A DNA stretch of 64,000 nucleotides, from contig JBKDZL010000028.1 in NCBI GenBank assembly GCA_047971145.1, forward strand, positions 11,556-75,555. The letters are read 5' to 3'. The notes under the pieces were generated by a model. The model saw only the letters and a program-made list of their open reading frames with translations. It searched no databases and was not told where the DNA came from. The translations under genes were made by a program, and so were the position numbers. Origin of the DNA: Erysipelotrichaceae bacterium (GTDB lineage Bacteria > Bacillota_I > Bacilli_A > Erysipelotrichales > Erysipelotrichaceae). Within the stretch, counting starts at the first letter, position 1. Every line of letters begins with the position of its first letter. Of this stretch, positions 1 through 9,239 are shown one piece after another.

Positions 1-126
1 TATTTGCTCTTTCATTTCTCTTTGTTGGACAGTTTCAGTCATTTCTAAAATTCTATCAGCTAAAGTAGATTTACCATGATCAATATGCGCAATTATGGAA
101 AAATTTCTTACTTTATTTTGATCCAT
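1..126 (-). CDS. lepA: Elongation factor 4 (LepA), first 42 codons only; gene runs off the window edge
   Basis: Own reverse-strand translation from the ATG at 126-124: [42 protein letters not shown]. The GTPase G1 motif AHIDHGKST sits in the typical LepA N-terminal context. Too short for the ORF track. Overlaps the upstream ORF end by 14 nt. Confidence 0.85.
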   Translation of the reverse strand, partial: MDQNKVRNFSIIAHIDHGKSTLADRILEMTETVQQREMKEQI

Positions 127-610
127 GTATCTGTTTCCTTAATCTTTTACTAACCATTGGAACCAATAATAAAGCAATAAAAACACTACTTAAAGCTTGA
201 ATACTATTAGTAAATACAGACGGTAATAATGAAGCAAAACTACCGGTTAAAATGACATCAGCAGCACCGTAACCCAACAATAAAATAAGAATCACTGCTA
301 AATATGCTCTCATTTCTTTATTTCGTGAAAATAAATAACTAAAAACTAAACCTTCACTTCCTTTAATTAGAAAACTAAATACTGCATATTGGCTATAATT
401 TAGAAAAATATCAGCGAAAGCACTACCAAGACCACCAAATAAAAAACTAGGAATCGGACCAAAAATACTAGCTCCAATCATTATGACTACATCACCCAAA
501 TTCAAATAACCTAAACTCCCCACTGGAAAAGATAAAAACATAGTAGTAACACATACTAGTGCAATCATAATTGCAGTATAACTTAATAATTTCACTTTAT
601 TATTCATCAA
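113..610 (-). CDS. ECF-type transporter substrate-specific (S) component, substrate unknown
   Basis: 165 aa, about 5-6 hydrophobic helices. The motifs [19 protein letters not shown] and [11 protein letters not shown] resemble the RibU/ECF S-component family. No EcfA/EcfT genes in the window. Confidence 0.6.
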   Translation of the reverse strand: MMNNKVKLLSYTAIMIALVCVTTMFLSFPVGSLGYLNLGDVVIMIGASIFGPIPSFLFGGLGSAFADIFLNYSQYAVFSFLIKGSEGLVFSYLFSRNKEMRAYLAVILILLLGYGAADVILTGSFASLLPSVFTNSIQALSSVFIALLLVPMVSKRLRKQIHGSK

Positions 611-1523
611 ATTTTTCTCCTATTAAATTTTTTCCAGCACCATTTTTAAAGTCTTTAGCACTGATTTTAGTTTTACCTTCTATTTGTAATTCTAGTACCC
701 TAAGGATTTTACTATCAATTGCTATTAGCATTGCTTCATTATCAAATCCGATAATTGTGCCATTGGGCACTCTGCTTATTTTATCACTTATTTCAACTTT
801 ATGAAACTTAAATTTTTTACCTTTCAAAAAGCTGTAACCTACTGGCCAGTCAATTAGCCCCCTGATATGATTGTATACAGTATTATAATCTCTATTTAAA
901 TCAATATACTCATCACTTGAACTAATGATTTTGGCAATTGTTTTCTCATTTTCATTTTGTTTAGTATAAGTAATCTTGCCAATTAAAATATTATCCAAGT
1001 AACTATCTAATAATTCTAATGAAGCCTTAATCAATTTTTTTTCTAAGATACTAGTAGTATCATTAATATCAATACTGACACTCTTACTAGCAATAATATC
1101 ACCGGCATCCATTTTAATACTTGATTTCATTAAAGTTATACCTGTTTCGCTATCACCATTTATAATAGCTCTATGCATTGGTGCCCCGCCTCGATACTTT
1201 GGCAATAAAGAAGCATGGATATTCACAACATTTAGATCAATAATTTCTTGAGGTAAAAACTGTCCATAGGCACAGGTCAAATATAAATCTGCCTGTAAAT
1301 TAACCACCTCAAAATAATCCTCTTTAATATTAAATGGTTGGATTATTGTAAGAGCATATTTTAAAGCTAATTCTTTAACAGCTGAAAATTTCAATTGTTT
1401 TTTCCTACCTACTAAACGATCAGGCTGAGTAATTACAGCAATTATCTGATAATTATTTTCTATTAAATACTTTAAAATTTCAGCTGCGAAACTTGAAGTT
1501 CCCATAAATACTATTCTTTTCAT
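600..1523 (-). CDS. fmt: Methionyl-tRNA formyltransferase
   Basis: MKRIVFMGTSSFAAEILKYL, HASLLPKYRGGAPMHRAIINGDSETGITLM and a C-terminal Fmt domain. Start moved from the track's 1550 to the ATG at 1523, giving the canonical MK-IVFMGT N-terminus. Confidence 0.9.
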   Translation of the reverse strand: MKRIVFMGTSSFAAEILKYLIENNYQIIAVITQPDRLVGRKKQLKFSAVKELALKYALTIIQPFNIKEDYFEVVNLQADLYLTCAYGQFLPQEIIDLNVVNIHASLLPKYRGGAPMHRAIINGDSETGITLMKSSIKMDAGDIIASKSVSIDINDTTSILEKKLIKASLELLDSYLDNILIGKITYTKQNENEKTIAKIISSSDEYIDLNRDYNTVYNHIRGLIDWPVGYSFLKGKKFKFHKVEISDKISRVPNGTIIGFDNEAMLIAIDSKILRVLELQIEGKTKISAKDFKNGAGKNLIGEKFDE

Positions 1524-1530
1524 AATTATT

Positions 1531-1539
1531 ATTATATCA
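1531..1539 (-). promoter_or_regulatory. Extended -10 element (TGATATAAT) 7 nt upstream of the fmt ATG; possible leaderless transcript
   Basis: Reverse strand reads TTTTTGATATAATaataattATG. There is no Shine-Dalgarno sequence between the -10 and the ATG. Confidence 0.35.
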
Positions 1540-1594
1540 AAAAATATCATTTTATAATAAGTAATAGTATGATATTATATTATACAAAGGTAAA

Positions 1595-1960
1595 TTGGTG
1601 AAAAAGATGAATGAAGAAAACAGAATCTATGAAAGTGAACTAAAAGTATTAGAAATTATTTGGGAATTTCAACCAATCACTGCTAAAGAAATTAGTGTAA
1701 TTGCCCATGATAGAATAAATTGGAATAAGAATACAACTTACACCATAATAAAGAAACTAATTAATAAAGGAGCGATCAGAAGAGATGAACCCAACTTCCA
1801 ATGTACTTCTTTAGTCCAAAAAAGTGATTTTCAAAAAGTTTCAATCGATAATTTAATTAGTAAATTATTTGATGGTGATAGATCAGAATTTTTTAAAGCC
1901 TTTGACAAGCGAGAGTTAACTGCTGATGATAAAAAAGTTCTACAATCTTTATTAGATTAA
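1595..1960 (+). CDS. BlaI/MecI/CopY-family winged-helix transcriptional repressor
   Basis: SELKVLEIIWEFQPITAKEISVIA...WNKNTTYTIIKKLINKGAIRRD matches the Penicillinase_R fold pattern. Start is ambiguous (TTG 1595, GTG 1598, ATG 1607); AAAGG lies at 1586-1590. Confidence 0.75.
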   Translation: MVKKMNEENRIYESELKVLEIIWEFQPITAKEISVIAHDRINWNKNTTYTIIKKLINKGAIRRDEPNFQCTSLVQKSDFQKVSIDNLISKLFDGDRSEFFKAFDKRELTADDKKVLQSLLD

Positions 1961-2056
1961 TCATAATATTACTATTAACATAATTGTTGTTTGCATAATA
2001 ATCATTTGTTTGGTATAATTTCTAAGCAATTATAATTGTAGATAAGGAGGATTATT

Positions 2057-2323
2057 GTGCCACAAATCAAATCACAGTTCAAGCGAGTTAAAACTAATAA
2101 CAAGAAAAGACTTGCGAATGCTGCTAAAAAATCTGATTTAAGAACTTCAATTAAAACTGTTAATATAGCAATTGAAAACAAAGATAAAGAAGCAGCTGTT
2201 GTCGCATTTAATGTTGTCAACAAAAAGCTAGATAAATTAGTTAATGCCAATATTTTTCATAAGAAAAATGCGGCTAGACAAAAATCAAAACTAGCTCAAG
2301 CAATAAACTCATTAGATAAATAA
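2057..2323 (+). CDS. rpsT: 30S ribosomal protein S20
   Basis: PQIKSQFKRVKTNNKKRLANAAKKSDLRTSIK... is typical of S20. GTG start preceded by TAAGGAGG at 2044-2051. Confidence 0.93.
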   Translation: MPQIKSQFKRVKTNNKKRLANAAKKSDLRTSIKTVNIAIENKDKEAAVVAFNVVNKKLDKLVNANIFHKKNAARQKSKLAQAINSLDK

Positions 2324-2331
2324 TTAGTTTT

Positions 2332-2357
2332 AAACTGATCAGCAGATCAGTTTTTTT
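2332..2357. terminator. Bidirectional rho-independent terminator between convergent rpsT and the membrane-protein gene
   Basis: AAACTGATC-agca-GATCAGTTT hairpin followed by TTTTTTT on the plus strand, with a T-rich tract on the other strand. Confidence 0.6.
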
Positions 2358-3489
2358 ATTCTTTAATAATTTCTTTTATTTGTTTTAAAACAATTTTATA
2401 ATATTTAAATAAATATATGACTATTGCCAACACTAATAAGAAAACTGCAGTAATTAGCAACATATTACTATTGATTATTAAAGCAATGCCACATGTCAAA
2501 ACACTAGCTCCAGCCAGTGGTAATTTTTTCCAATGTTTAAGCGAAGTGAAATAATAAAATACTATTCCATTTACTAATAAAGCAAAAAGATAAATAACCT
2601 GATTAAAAATTATACTATTAATAAAATTTAAAAACATTTCCTTTAAAATTATATTAATTGGCTCTAAAACCTGTTGAGAAAAAAGAATACTCAAAGTATC
2701 ATTAGTAATACCAAGATCACCAAAACTGACTGACATCCAAGCAGTATTTCCAAAAAGCTTAGTAAGGACAGAAAAATTTTTAGCTAAGACATTAAGTACA
2801 CTAGCATGCTCATCAATTTTAATAATTCCTGAAAGATCAAGATATGAAAAATCAATTAATGAAACTAATATAGTAGCAACAATACTCATCAGCACCATTG
2901 ATATAAAAGAAAAAGCTACGAACAAAAAGATAAATACAGCACTCATTCTCAATAATGAGTTAATTAATTCTCTCACATTATCTTTTTTCATTTCATTAAT
3001 TATTAATTGATAACTTAAAATAATCATTTTAACTATCAAATAAGTAAGAACTATAAACAAAGAAATACTTAGTAAAACATCTAAAAAATTTAACCAACTT
3101 AAGTTTTTAAATATTAATGTAAAATTTAAAAAATCAGTAAATAACATACTAAATAAAATAAAACCATTCAGTAATACTACTATCAGAGCCTTGACTGGCC
3201 TATCATTAAAATTATTATTCAACAAAATACAAGAAATAATATTTAAAACTATAAAAAATAGACTACTTATTAATAAGAAAAGAATTACCACAATAGAGAT
3301 AACATTAAAACTAGAAGCTATTAAATTTAGGAATTCTGAAACTTTGTCTAGATTATTTGCTTGATTAATACTCTCAATAATATTATTTAATGCAGGATTA
3401 AATAGCTGATTTATTACTTTTATAATTGAAAGCAAAATAATCATTATTAAACTACTAAGTGAAAATTTTTGTAATTTTTGAGCTTGCAT
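2356..3489 (-). CDS. Hypothetical polytopic membrane protein
   Basis: 377-aa ORF, highly hydrophobic with many predicted helices. AAAGGAG lies upstream of the ATG. No family recognised. Confidence 0.5.
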   Translation of the reverse strand: MQAQKLQKFSLSSLIMIILLSIIKVINQLFNPALNNIIESINQANNLDKVSEFLNLIASSFNVISIVVILFLLISSLFFIVLNIISCILLNNNFNDRPVKALIVVLLNGFILFSMLFTDFLNFTLIFKNLSWLNFLDVLLSISLFIVLTYLIVKMIILSYQLIINEMKKDNVRELINSLLRMSAVFIFLFVAFSFISMVLMSIVATILVSLIDFSYLDLSGIIKIDEHASVLNVLAKNFSVLTKLFGNTAWMSVSFGDLGITNDTLSILFSQQVLEPINIILKEMFLNFINSIIFNQVIYLFALLVNGIVFYYFTSLKHWKKLPLAGASVLTCGIALIINSNMLLITAVFLLVLAIVIYLFKYYKIVLKQIKEIIKE

Positions 3490-3518
3490 CTTTACACTCC
3501 TTTCACAATATTAGCTAG

Positions 3519-4715
3519 CTAATTATCTAATTTAATTTGAGTTGCTAAACCACCTAAAGAAGTTTCTTTTAATTCTATCACTAGTTTTTCACCAGTATAT
3601 TTCATGGTTTCAACAATCATATCAAAAGATATTCTATTTGCTCTTAACTCTAAAACGACTTTAGCTAGTAATGCTGCATCCATTGCTCGAACTGCCGCAA
3701 CAGCATTTCTTTCAATGCAAGGAATCATAACATAGCCCCCAATTGGATCACAGGTCAGCCCTAAATGATGTTCCATAGCAATTTCAGCAGCATATTCAAT
3801 TTGATTAATAGAGAGCCCTTCTAAATATCCAATAGCAGCAGCAGCCATAGAGCAGGCAGTACCTATCTCAGCTTGACAACCACCAACAGCACCTGAAATA
3901 GTAGCGTTGGTTTTAATAATATTAGCAAAAATACTTGCAGTTGCAAGGGCATTTATCAATCTACCCCTGGATGTGCCATTATTGTAATAATACTTAATTA
4001 CCGCTGGCAGGACACCAGAGCTACCCAATGTTGGAGCAGTGACAACCATACCTCCATCGGCATTCTCCTCACTAGCAGCATAAGCAAAAGCCATTAATGA
4101 TAAATTACGAAGTTCAAAAACATCAGAACTTAAAGTTGCCTTATTATACATATTTTTCGCAATTCTTGCTAAACCTAATCTGCCTGGTAAAACCCCTGTT
4201 GCTTTTAAACCCTTATCCACCACACTTAACATTTGTTCTAAGATTGTATTCAAATATTCTTTAATATATTTTTCATGCTCATATACATACTCATGCAACA
4301 TTAAACTATTATCACGACAAAATTTTTTGATATCTACAAATTTACTATGTGGATAAACACTTGAAACAGCATTTTTTTGTCCATTAATACTAATGTTTCC
4401 CCCACCAACTGACTCAACTTCCCAATGAATTTCATCGCCTGCATCTAAGCCAATGATTTTCATAGTATTGGGATGTTTAACTGCAGTATTAATGTCAAAA
4501 ATTACCTCACAACGTTGTTTTTCAAAGACCTTTAAAATTGTTTGATCGGTTAAGTGTCCTCTACCTGTTAAAGCTAATGATCCATATAAAGTAACTTTAA
4601 TATCATTGATAAAAGGATATTCTTTTAAAAACAAATTACAAGCCTTCCAAGGACCAATAGTATGAGAAGATGAAGGGCCAGGCCCTATTTGATAAATTTC
4701 TTTAATTGTATTCAT
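3519..4715 (-). CDS. sdaA: L-serine ammonia-lyase (iron-sulfur dependent, single-chain form)
   Basis: The N-terminus IGPGPSSSHTIGPWKA is the hallmark of Fe-S L-serine dehydratases. GGCQAEIGTACSMAAAA and ERNAVAAVRA are conserved alpha-domain motifs. Confidence 0.85.
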   Translation of the reverse strand: MNTIKEIYQIGPGPSSSHTIGPWKACNLFLKEYPFINDIKVTLYGSLALTGRGHLTDQTILKVFEKQRCEVIFDINTAVKHPNTMKIIGLDAGDEIHWEVESVGGGNISINGQKNAVSSVYPHSKFVDIKKFCRDNSLMLHEYVYEHEKYIKEYLNTILEQMLSVVDKGLKATGVLPGRLGLARIAKNMYNKATLSSDVFELRNLSLMAFAYAASEENADGGMVVTAPTLGSSGVLPAVIKYYYNNGTSRGRLINALATASIFANIIKTNATISGAVGGCQAEIGTACSMAAAAIGYLEGLSINQIEYAAEIAMEHHLGLTCDPIGGYVMIPCIERNAVAAVRAMDAALLAKVVLELRANRISFDMIVETMKYTGEKLVIELKETSLGGLATQIKLDN

Positions 4716-4716
4716 G

Positions 4717-5670
4717 TTATTGTACCACCCATTTTAAAATAAATATTTCCAATTCCATTTTTCTATCACAGGCAATGTTTTTATAGCGATAGTCCAAAAT
4801 GGCCAAATCATTAAGAACCGATAATAATTTATTAATTGATATTTTTCTAGCTTTTTCATTAGCTAATTTAATACGATAAGGATGAACCTTAATAAAGTCA
4901 GTTATCTCATTTAAATTATAATTTTTATCTCGATATACCTTGACTTGATAAATCAGCCTGAAATTAGTAGCCAAAAGGGAAATAATGGCAATTGGATCAT
5001 TGTTGTTAACTAGTAAATCATTTAGTATTAGTAAACTGGTTTCCAAATCTTTTTTTAAAACTGCATCTACTATTTTAAAAATATCATCATTAATTGATCT
5101 AGTGATAATATCTCTGATCACTTCAATTGTTATTGCTGAGGGAAAAAGCTTAAGTTTTTTAAATTCATTTTGCCAATTTTTTAAATCAACAGGTAATATT
5201 TGTAATAAAAAACCTATTGCTTCTTCACTAATATTTAAATTGCATTCTTTAATATTATTTCTAATTTCCGCTTCAAATTGTTGAACATTTAATTCACTTA
5301 TTTCAAAATACCTTAATAATTTCAATAATTTTTTATTAAAATGTTTAAGTTTATCAATTTTTTGTTGAACTTGTAAAATTACTATGGTACTACTGTTTGG
5401 TCGGTCAAAATAATCTGCGACTATTTTCTCATCATTAGTATTTAAGCCACCTTTACTAGTTAAAAAGTTGCAATTAGTAATAATCATTACTCTATTATCA
5501 CTAAAAAAAGGCAAAGTACTAGCATCAGCAATTACACTTTGCCACTCTACTTCACTAGCATCAAAAGAACTATAGTTCATTTCATTAATATCACTCAAAT
5601 ATTTATTAATAATTTCACTAGTTTGCTTTTCAATTAAAAATTCATCACTTCCTGCTACAATATAATTCAT
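4717..5670 (-). CDS. holA: DNA polymerase III delta subunit
   Basis: 317 aa with a delta-like N-terminus (GSDEFLIEKQTSEI). Conserved Firmicutes synteny comEA-comEC-holA next to a divergent rpsT. Confidence 0.75.
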   Translation of the reverse strand: MNYIVAGSDEFLIEKQTSEIINKYLSDINEMNYSSFDASEVEWQSVIADASTLPFFSDNRVMIITNCNFLTSKGGLNTNDEKIVADYFDRPNSSTIVILQVQQKIDKLKHFNKKLLKLLRYFEISELNVQQFEAEIRNNIKECNLNISEEAIGFLLQILPVDLKNWQNEFKKLKLFPSAITIEVIRDIITRSINDDIFKIVDAVLKKDLETSLLILNDLLVNNNDPIAIISLLATNFRLIYQVKVYRDKNYNLNEITDFIKVHPYRIKLANEKARKISINKLLSVLNDLAILDYRYKNIACDRKMELEIFILKWVVQ

Positions 5671-5703
5671 CTCTATTTTATTATACTAAATAATCTACTG
5701 AAA

Positions 5704-7617
5704 TTAAGATAAAATTTCAAATCTCCCATTACCAGTAATCAGAACATTCACACCAAAAAGACCGACAATCATTATAAAACCCTCATTTGCAGTATTCAAA
5801 CTCGTTATTTTTTGCTCAGCTAAATCAGCAATTACATCAAAATGTGGATGTTGATACCTATTATTATACCCACTACTGATCAGGGCATATTGCCAATTGC
5901 TAACTTGTAAAATTGCTTGAGAAGAACTAGTATTAGAACCATGATGTGCCAATTTAATAATATCAAAATCTTCCAAATGATAATAATTTATTAATTGTTT
6001 TTCTATCTGTTTATCAACATCTGCTAAAAAAGCATATCTTAGCCCATTTACTTGAAATAAAGAAATTAGGGAATTATGGTTATCAACACCTATTCCCTCA
6101 CTGAAAGTTTGTCCTAAATTATTTGGAATAATTAACTTAAATCCATTCTTCTCAATTATTTCTGGACTTAATAATAATTTTTTAACTCGATAATCATTCA
6201 GCAAATGTGAAACTGAGCCACTATGATCATAATCAATATGAGTGACAAGCAAAGTATCTAATGCAGTTATCCCATTATTAATTAGTGTGGGTTTAATTAC
6301 ACTTTGATAAATAGTATCACTATAATTATTTGCCGCATCTATCATTAAATGATAGCTATTAAAAGGTAAAGAAATTAGTGCACAATCTCCTTGTCCTACA
6401 TCTAATATTAATACTCTATAAAATGGATTAAAATATTGCTGATAAACAACTAATAGCCATAATAATGGAGTAAAACTAAACACTAGTTTTCTCTTACTAC
6501 TTATAAATACTATTAATAAAATGATAACTATAAAATATGGAACTTGCTTTATGATAAATTTTCCAAATAAAGTATCAATGTTTAGAAGGATTTCATTTAA
6601 AAAACTAAAATTTAAAGGCAAAAATATAGATACAGTACTAGCTAGCACCACTAGTGCACTTAATACTCTAAATATACTAAAAGAAAACAATAATAATATA
6701 TTGCATTTGGCAAAAATTAAAAATTGAATTATGGATAAAGAAAATATTTTTTTAAAATAAGTATCACTCAAAGATAAAAAACCAAAAAAATTAATTAAAA
6801 AAATAAATAAAAAACTAGCATTTACTAATAAACTAAAATCATAAATCATTAAGCTTAAACTCCAACAACCTAATGCTAGCACTCGATCTTTAATAAAAAA
6901 ATTAATAACATTATACACTAAAAGTATTTTTAAAGAATTGATAAAAGGAAAAAACAATAATAATATCAAATACAAAAAAATGACTAATAACTTCTTATTC
7001 TTGATAACTATAAAATATGCTAATACAGCCACAAACATCTTAATGATTGTTCTAATAGCCAAACCATTACTAATGAATAAATCACTAAAACCATTACTTT
7101 TTTGCTGATAGGTATAAGTCAAAATAAAATCTTTTTGAGAAGCTGACAAACTTAAAACATATTTATATAATTGAGTAGCTAAACTATTGCTTCTATTAAT
7201 AACCTCAATTGTATTAGTTTGATATTTTACTTGTCTTAGTTTTAAATATTCTAAAAAATTAAAAGTCCGATAGTTAATTTTATAATGTAAATCTAAAAAA
7301 GATGTAACTTTTACTCGATCACCATAGTAAAAAACATCAGTATCCTGCGGATAATAAATAATTCTTTGCTTATTTTGTTCCAGCAAGATATAATGCTCAC
7401 TAATATCTACTACCACAAATTCCTTAGATTCATTTATTGCATAAATATTACTAGCACACAAAAACAAAAATATTACTAAAATTGGTAATAGAAGTATTTT
7501 TTTATATCTAAAAATAGTAAATCCTAAATAAATTAAGCTCACAAAATAATGATTAAAATATTGAATTATTATTAAATAACTAATACTAAGATAAATCAGC
7601 CAATTAGTTACAAGCAT
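5704..7617 (-). CDS. comEC: DNA internalisation competence protein ComEC/Rec2
   Basis: Polytopic membrane region plus a C-terminal metallo-beta-lactamase domain (VLILDVGQGDCALISLP, THIDYDHSGS, KLAHHGSNTSSS). Confidence 0.85.
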   Translation of the reverse strand: MLVTNWLIYLSISYLIIIQYFNHYFVSLIYLGFTIFRYKKILLLPILVIFLFLCASNIYAINESKEFVVVDISEHYILLEQNKQRIIYYPQDTDVFYYGDRVKVTSFLDLHYKINYRTFNFLEYLKLRQVKYQTNTIEVINRSNSLATQLYKYVLSLSASQKDFILTYTYQQKSNGFSDLFISNGLAIRTIIKMFVAVLAYFIVIKNKKLLVIFLYLILLLFFPFINSLKILLVYNVINFFIKDRVLALGCWSLSLMIYDFSLLVNASFLFIFLINFFGFLSLSDTYFKKIFSLSIIQFLIFAKCNILLLFSFSIFRVLSALVVLASTVSIFLPLNFSFLNEILLNIDTLFGKFIIKQVPYFIVIILLIVFISSKRKLVFSFTPLLWLLVVYQQYFNPFYRVLILDVGQGDCALISLPFNSYHLMIDAANNYSDTIYQSVIKPTLINNGITALDTLLVTHIDYDHSGSVSHLLNDYRVKKLLLSPEIIEKNGFKLIIPNNLGQTFSEGIGVDNHNSLISLFQVNGLRYAFLADVDKQIEKQLINYYHLEDFDIIKLAHHGSNTSSSQAILQVSNWQYALISSGYNNRYQHPHFDVIADLAEQKITSLNTANEGFIMIVGLFGVNVLITGNGRFEILS

Positions 7618-8060
7618 ATTAAATCTTCAATAGTTGAAAAAGTTTTTTCTTTAATACCTTTTACCAACATTATTTCTTCTAAAGAATTAAATAAACCATG
7701 AATTTGTCTAAAAGCAATTATCCTACTTGCAATAACTTTACCAATTTTAGGTAAATTAACTAATTGAGAAAAATCGGAAAAGTTTATTGATACTAAAATA
7801 GTATCGTTAGCTGGTACAATGATAGTATCATTATGATGGAGAATAATCTCACTATCAAAAATTTTCTTATTAGCTTTACTAGTGATTTCAATATGATTTA
7901 GAAGCTCATTTATCTTACTATCGATTGGTAAAGTAATAGTTAGTTCTTGAGTAACCTCACCTTGAACATGAACAGTAATAAAATTTCTCTCAATAATAAA
8001 ATCATTATTTTCACAGGCAGTTAACAAAAAAATTAATAGATAAATAAAAAGAAGTTTCAT
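7608..8060 (-). CDS. comEA: Competence protein ComEA (helix-hairpin-helix DNA receptor), lipoprotein-type signal
   Basis: C-terminal HhH motif (LVNLPKIGKVIASRIIAFRQIHGLFNSLEEIMLVKGIKEKTF). N-terminal lipobox LLTAC. Overlaps the comEC start by 10 nt. Confidence 0.75.
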   Translation of the reverse strand: MKLLFIYLLIFLLTACENNDFIIERNFITVHVQGEVTQELTITLPIDSKINELLNHIEITSKANKKIFDSEIILHHNDTIIVPANDTILVSINFSDFSQLVNLPKIGKVIASRIIAFRQIHGLFNSLEEIMLVKGIKEKTFSTIEDLICL

Positions 8061-8098
8061 ACTTTATTTATTGCACAAAACTTCTTTCTTCCTAAAAT

Positions 8099-8578
8099 TT
8101 ATTTAATTTTTATTATTTTAATATCATAAGGTTGAGCAATTTCAACACTCACTACCTCATCTACTTTACGATCTAACATTGCTTTCGCTAATGGTGTCAC
8201 ATAAGATAATTTCCCATTCATAGGATCAGCTTCTACACTTCCTACTATAGAAAAAGTTTCTTCTTCTTTGCTTTGTAGATCCAGTATGGTAACCACACTG
8301 CCAAGTTTAACAGTTTTAGTAGCTCTTTTTCTTTCTTTAATTATTTCAGAATTTTTAATGATATTCTCAATTTCAGTTATTCTAGCTTCAACTCTAGCTT
8401 GTCTATCTCTAGCAGCATCATAATCAGCATTTTCTGATAAATCGCCTAACTCTCTTGCTACTTTTAAATCGGCTTTAACTTCTTCTCTAGTAACAGTTAC
8501 TAAAGTATTTAGTTCGCTTTTAAGTTCTTCTAAGCCTTCTTTAGTAATATATTCTTTATTGTTTTTATCAATTGACAT
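8099..8578 (-). CDS. greA: Transcription elongation factor GreA
   Basis: ITKEGLEELKSEL...ARELGDLSENADYDAARDRQ is the GreA coiled-coil signature. AAGGAG RBS. Confidence 0.93.
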   Translation of the reverse strand: MSIDKNNKEYITKEGLEELKSELNTLVTVTREEVKADLKVARELGDLSENADYDAARDRQARVEARITEIENIIKNSEIIKERKRATKTVKLGSVVTILDLQSKEEETFSIVGSVEADPMNGKLSYVTPLAKAMLDRKVDEVVSVEIAQPYDIKIIKIK

Positions 8579-8621
8579 TTTGTTCTCCTTAAATATGCAA
8601 TTATTAATATATCACATTTTA

Positions 8622-9239
8622 TTATATGATACTACTAATTTTTGTAATAAGTAAATCTAGGGCGACTTTATTATGCCCACCCTCTAAGATGATAATATCC
8701 GCATATTTCTTACTAGTTTCAATAAATTGCTCGTGCATTAATCTTACTGTATCTAAATATTGTCCGATAATAGATTCTAAAGATCTACCTCTCTCATTAA
8801 CATCACGCTTCAATCTTCTAATGAATCTAATATCTGCTGGAGTATCAACATAGACTTTAATATCACATTTATCTCTTAATTCTTTATTTTCCAAAACAAA
8901 TAAGCCTTCAATTAATAAAACATCGGCTGGTTTAATAGTTTCATAATTATCTGAACGATTATGATTGGCATAATCATAAGTAGGTTTCAAAATTTCTTTT
9001 CCTTCTATTAAAGTATTAATTTGAGTATTCATTAATTGCCAATCAAAGGCAAAAGGATGATCGTAATTTGTTAAACAGCGCTCATTAAAACTAATATCAC
9101 TCTGATCATTATAATAGTCATCTAATTTAATAATCCTGAGAGTTTTATCATCTTCAAATGCTTTATAAATACGTTTAGCTAATGCTGATTTGCCAGAGGC
9201 AGATCCACCAGCAATGCCAATAATTAAAGTTTTTTTCAT
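8622..9239 (-). CDS. udk: Uridine kinase
   Basis: P-loop IGIAGGSASGKS, plus DDYY, NYDHPFAFD and RRLKRDVNERGRS. Confidence 0.9.
   Translation of the reverse strand: MKKTLIIGIAGGSASGKSALAKRIYKAFEDDKTLRIIKLDDYYNDQSDISFNERCLTNYDHPFAFDWQLMNTQINTLIEGKEILKPTYDYANHNRSDNYETIKPADVLLIEGLFVLENKELRDKCDIKVYVDTPADIRFIRRLKRDVNERGRSLESIIGQYLDTVRLMHEQFIETSKKYADIIILEGGHNKVALDLLITKISSII

Noticed and set aside
571-804. Track ORFs antisense to or overlapping real genes: 571-804+, 2002-2250-, 4985-5284+, 6521-6727+, 8626-8853+, 10665-10853+, 12197-12391+, 12473-12664+, 13155-13373+, 13161-13394-, 15851-16081+, 18759-18956-, 21336-21524-, 21349-21567-, 32260-32499+, 33906-34109-, 41440-41640+, 41821-42006+, 44713-44910-, 47278-47616-, 49420-49686+, 63247-63495+
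   Set aside because: Each lies entirely within, or mostly opposite, a long confidently identified gene. They have low-complexity, Ile/Leu/Ser/Phe/Lys-rich composition typical of shadow frames in AT-rich DNA. None has an RBS or a recognisable motif.
6524-7020. 17-nt exact repeat GATAACTATAAAATATG at about 6524 and about 7004 inside comEC
   Set aside because: Both copies encode the same hydrophobic peptide (YFIVI) in TM helices of the same protein, on the reverse strand. This is most simply codon and composition coincidence, not a mobile or regulatory repeat.
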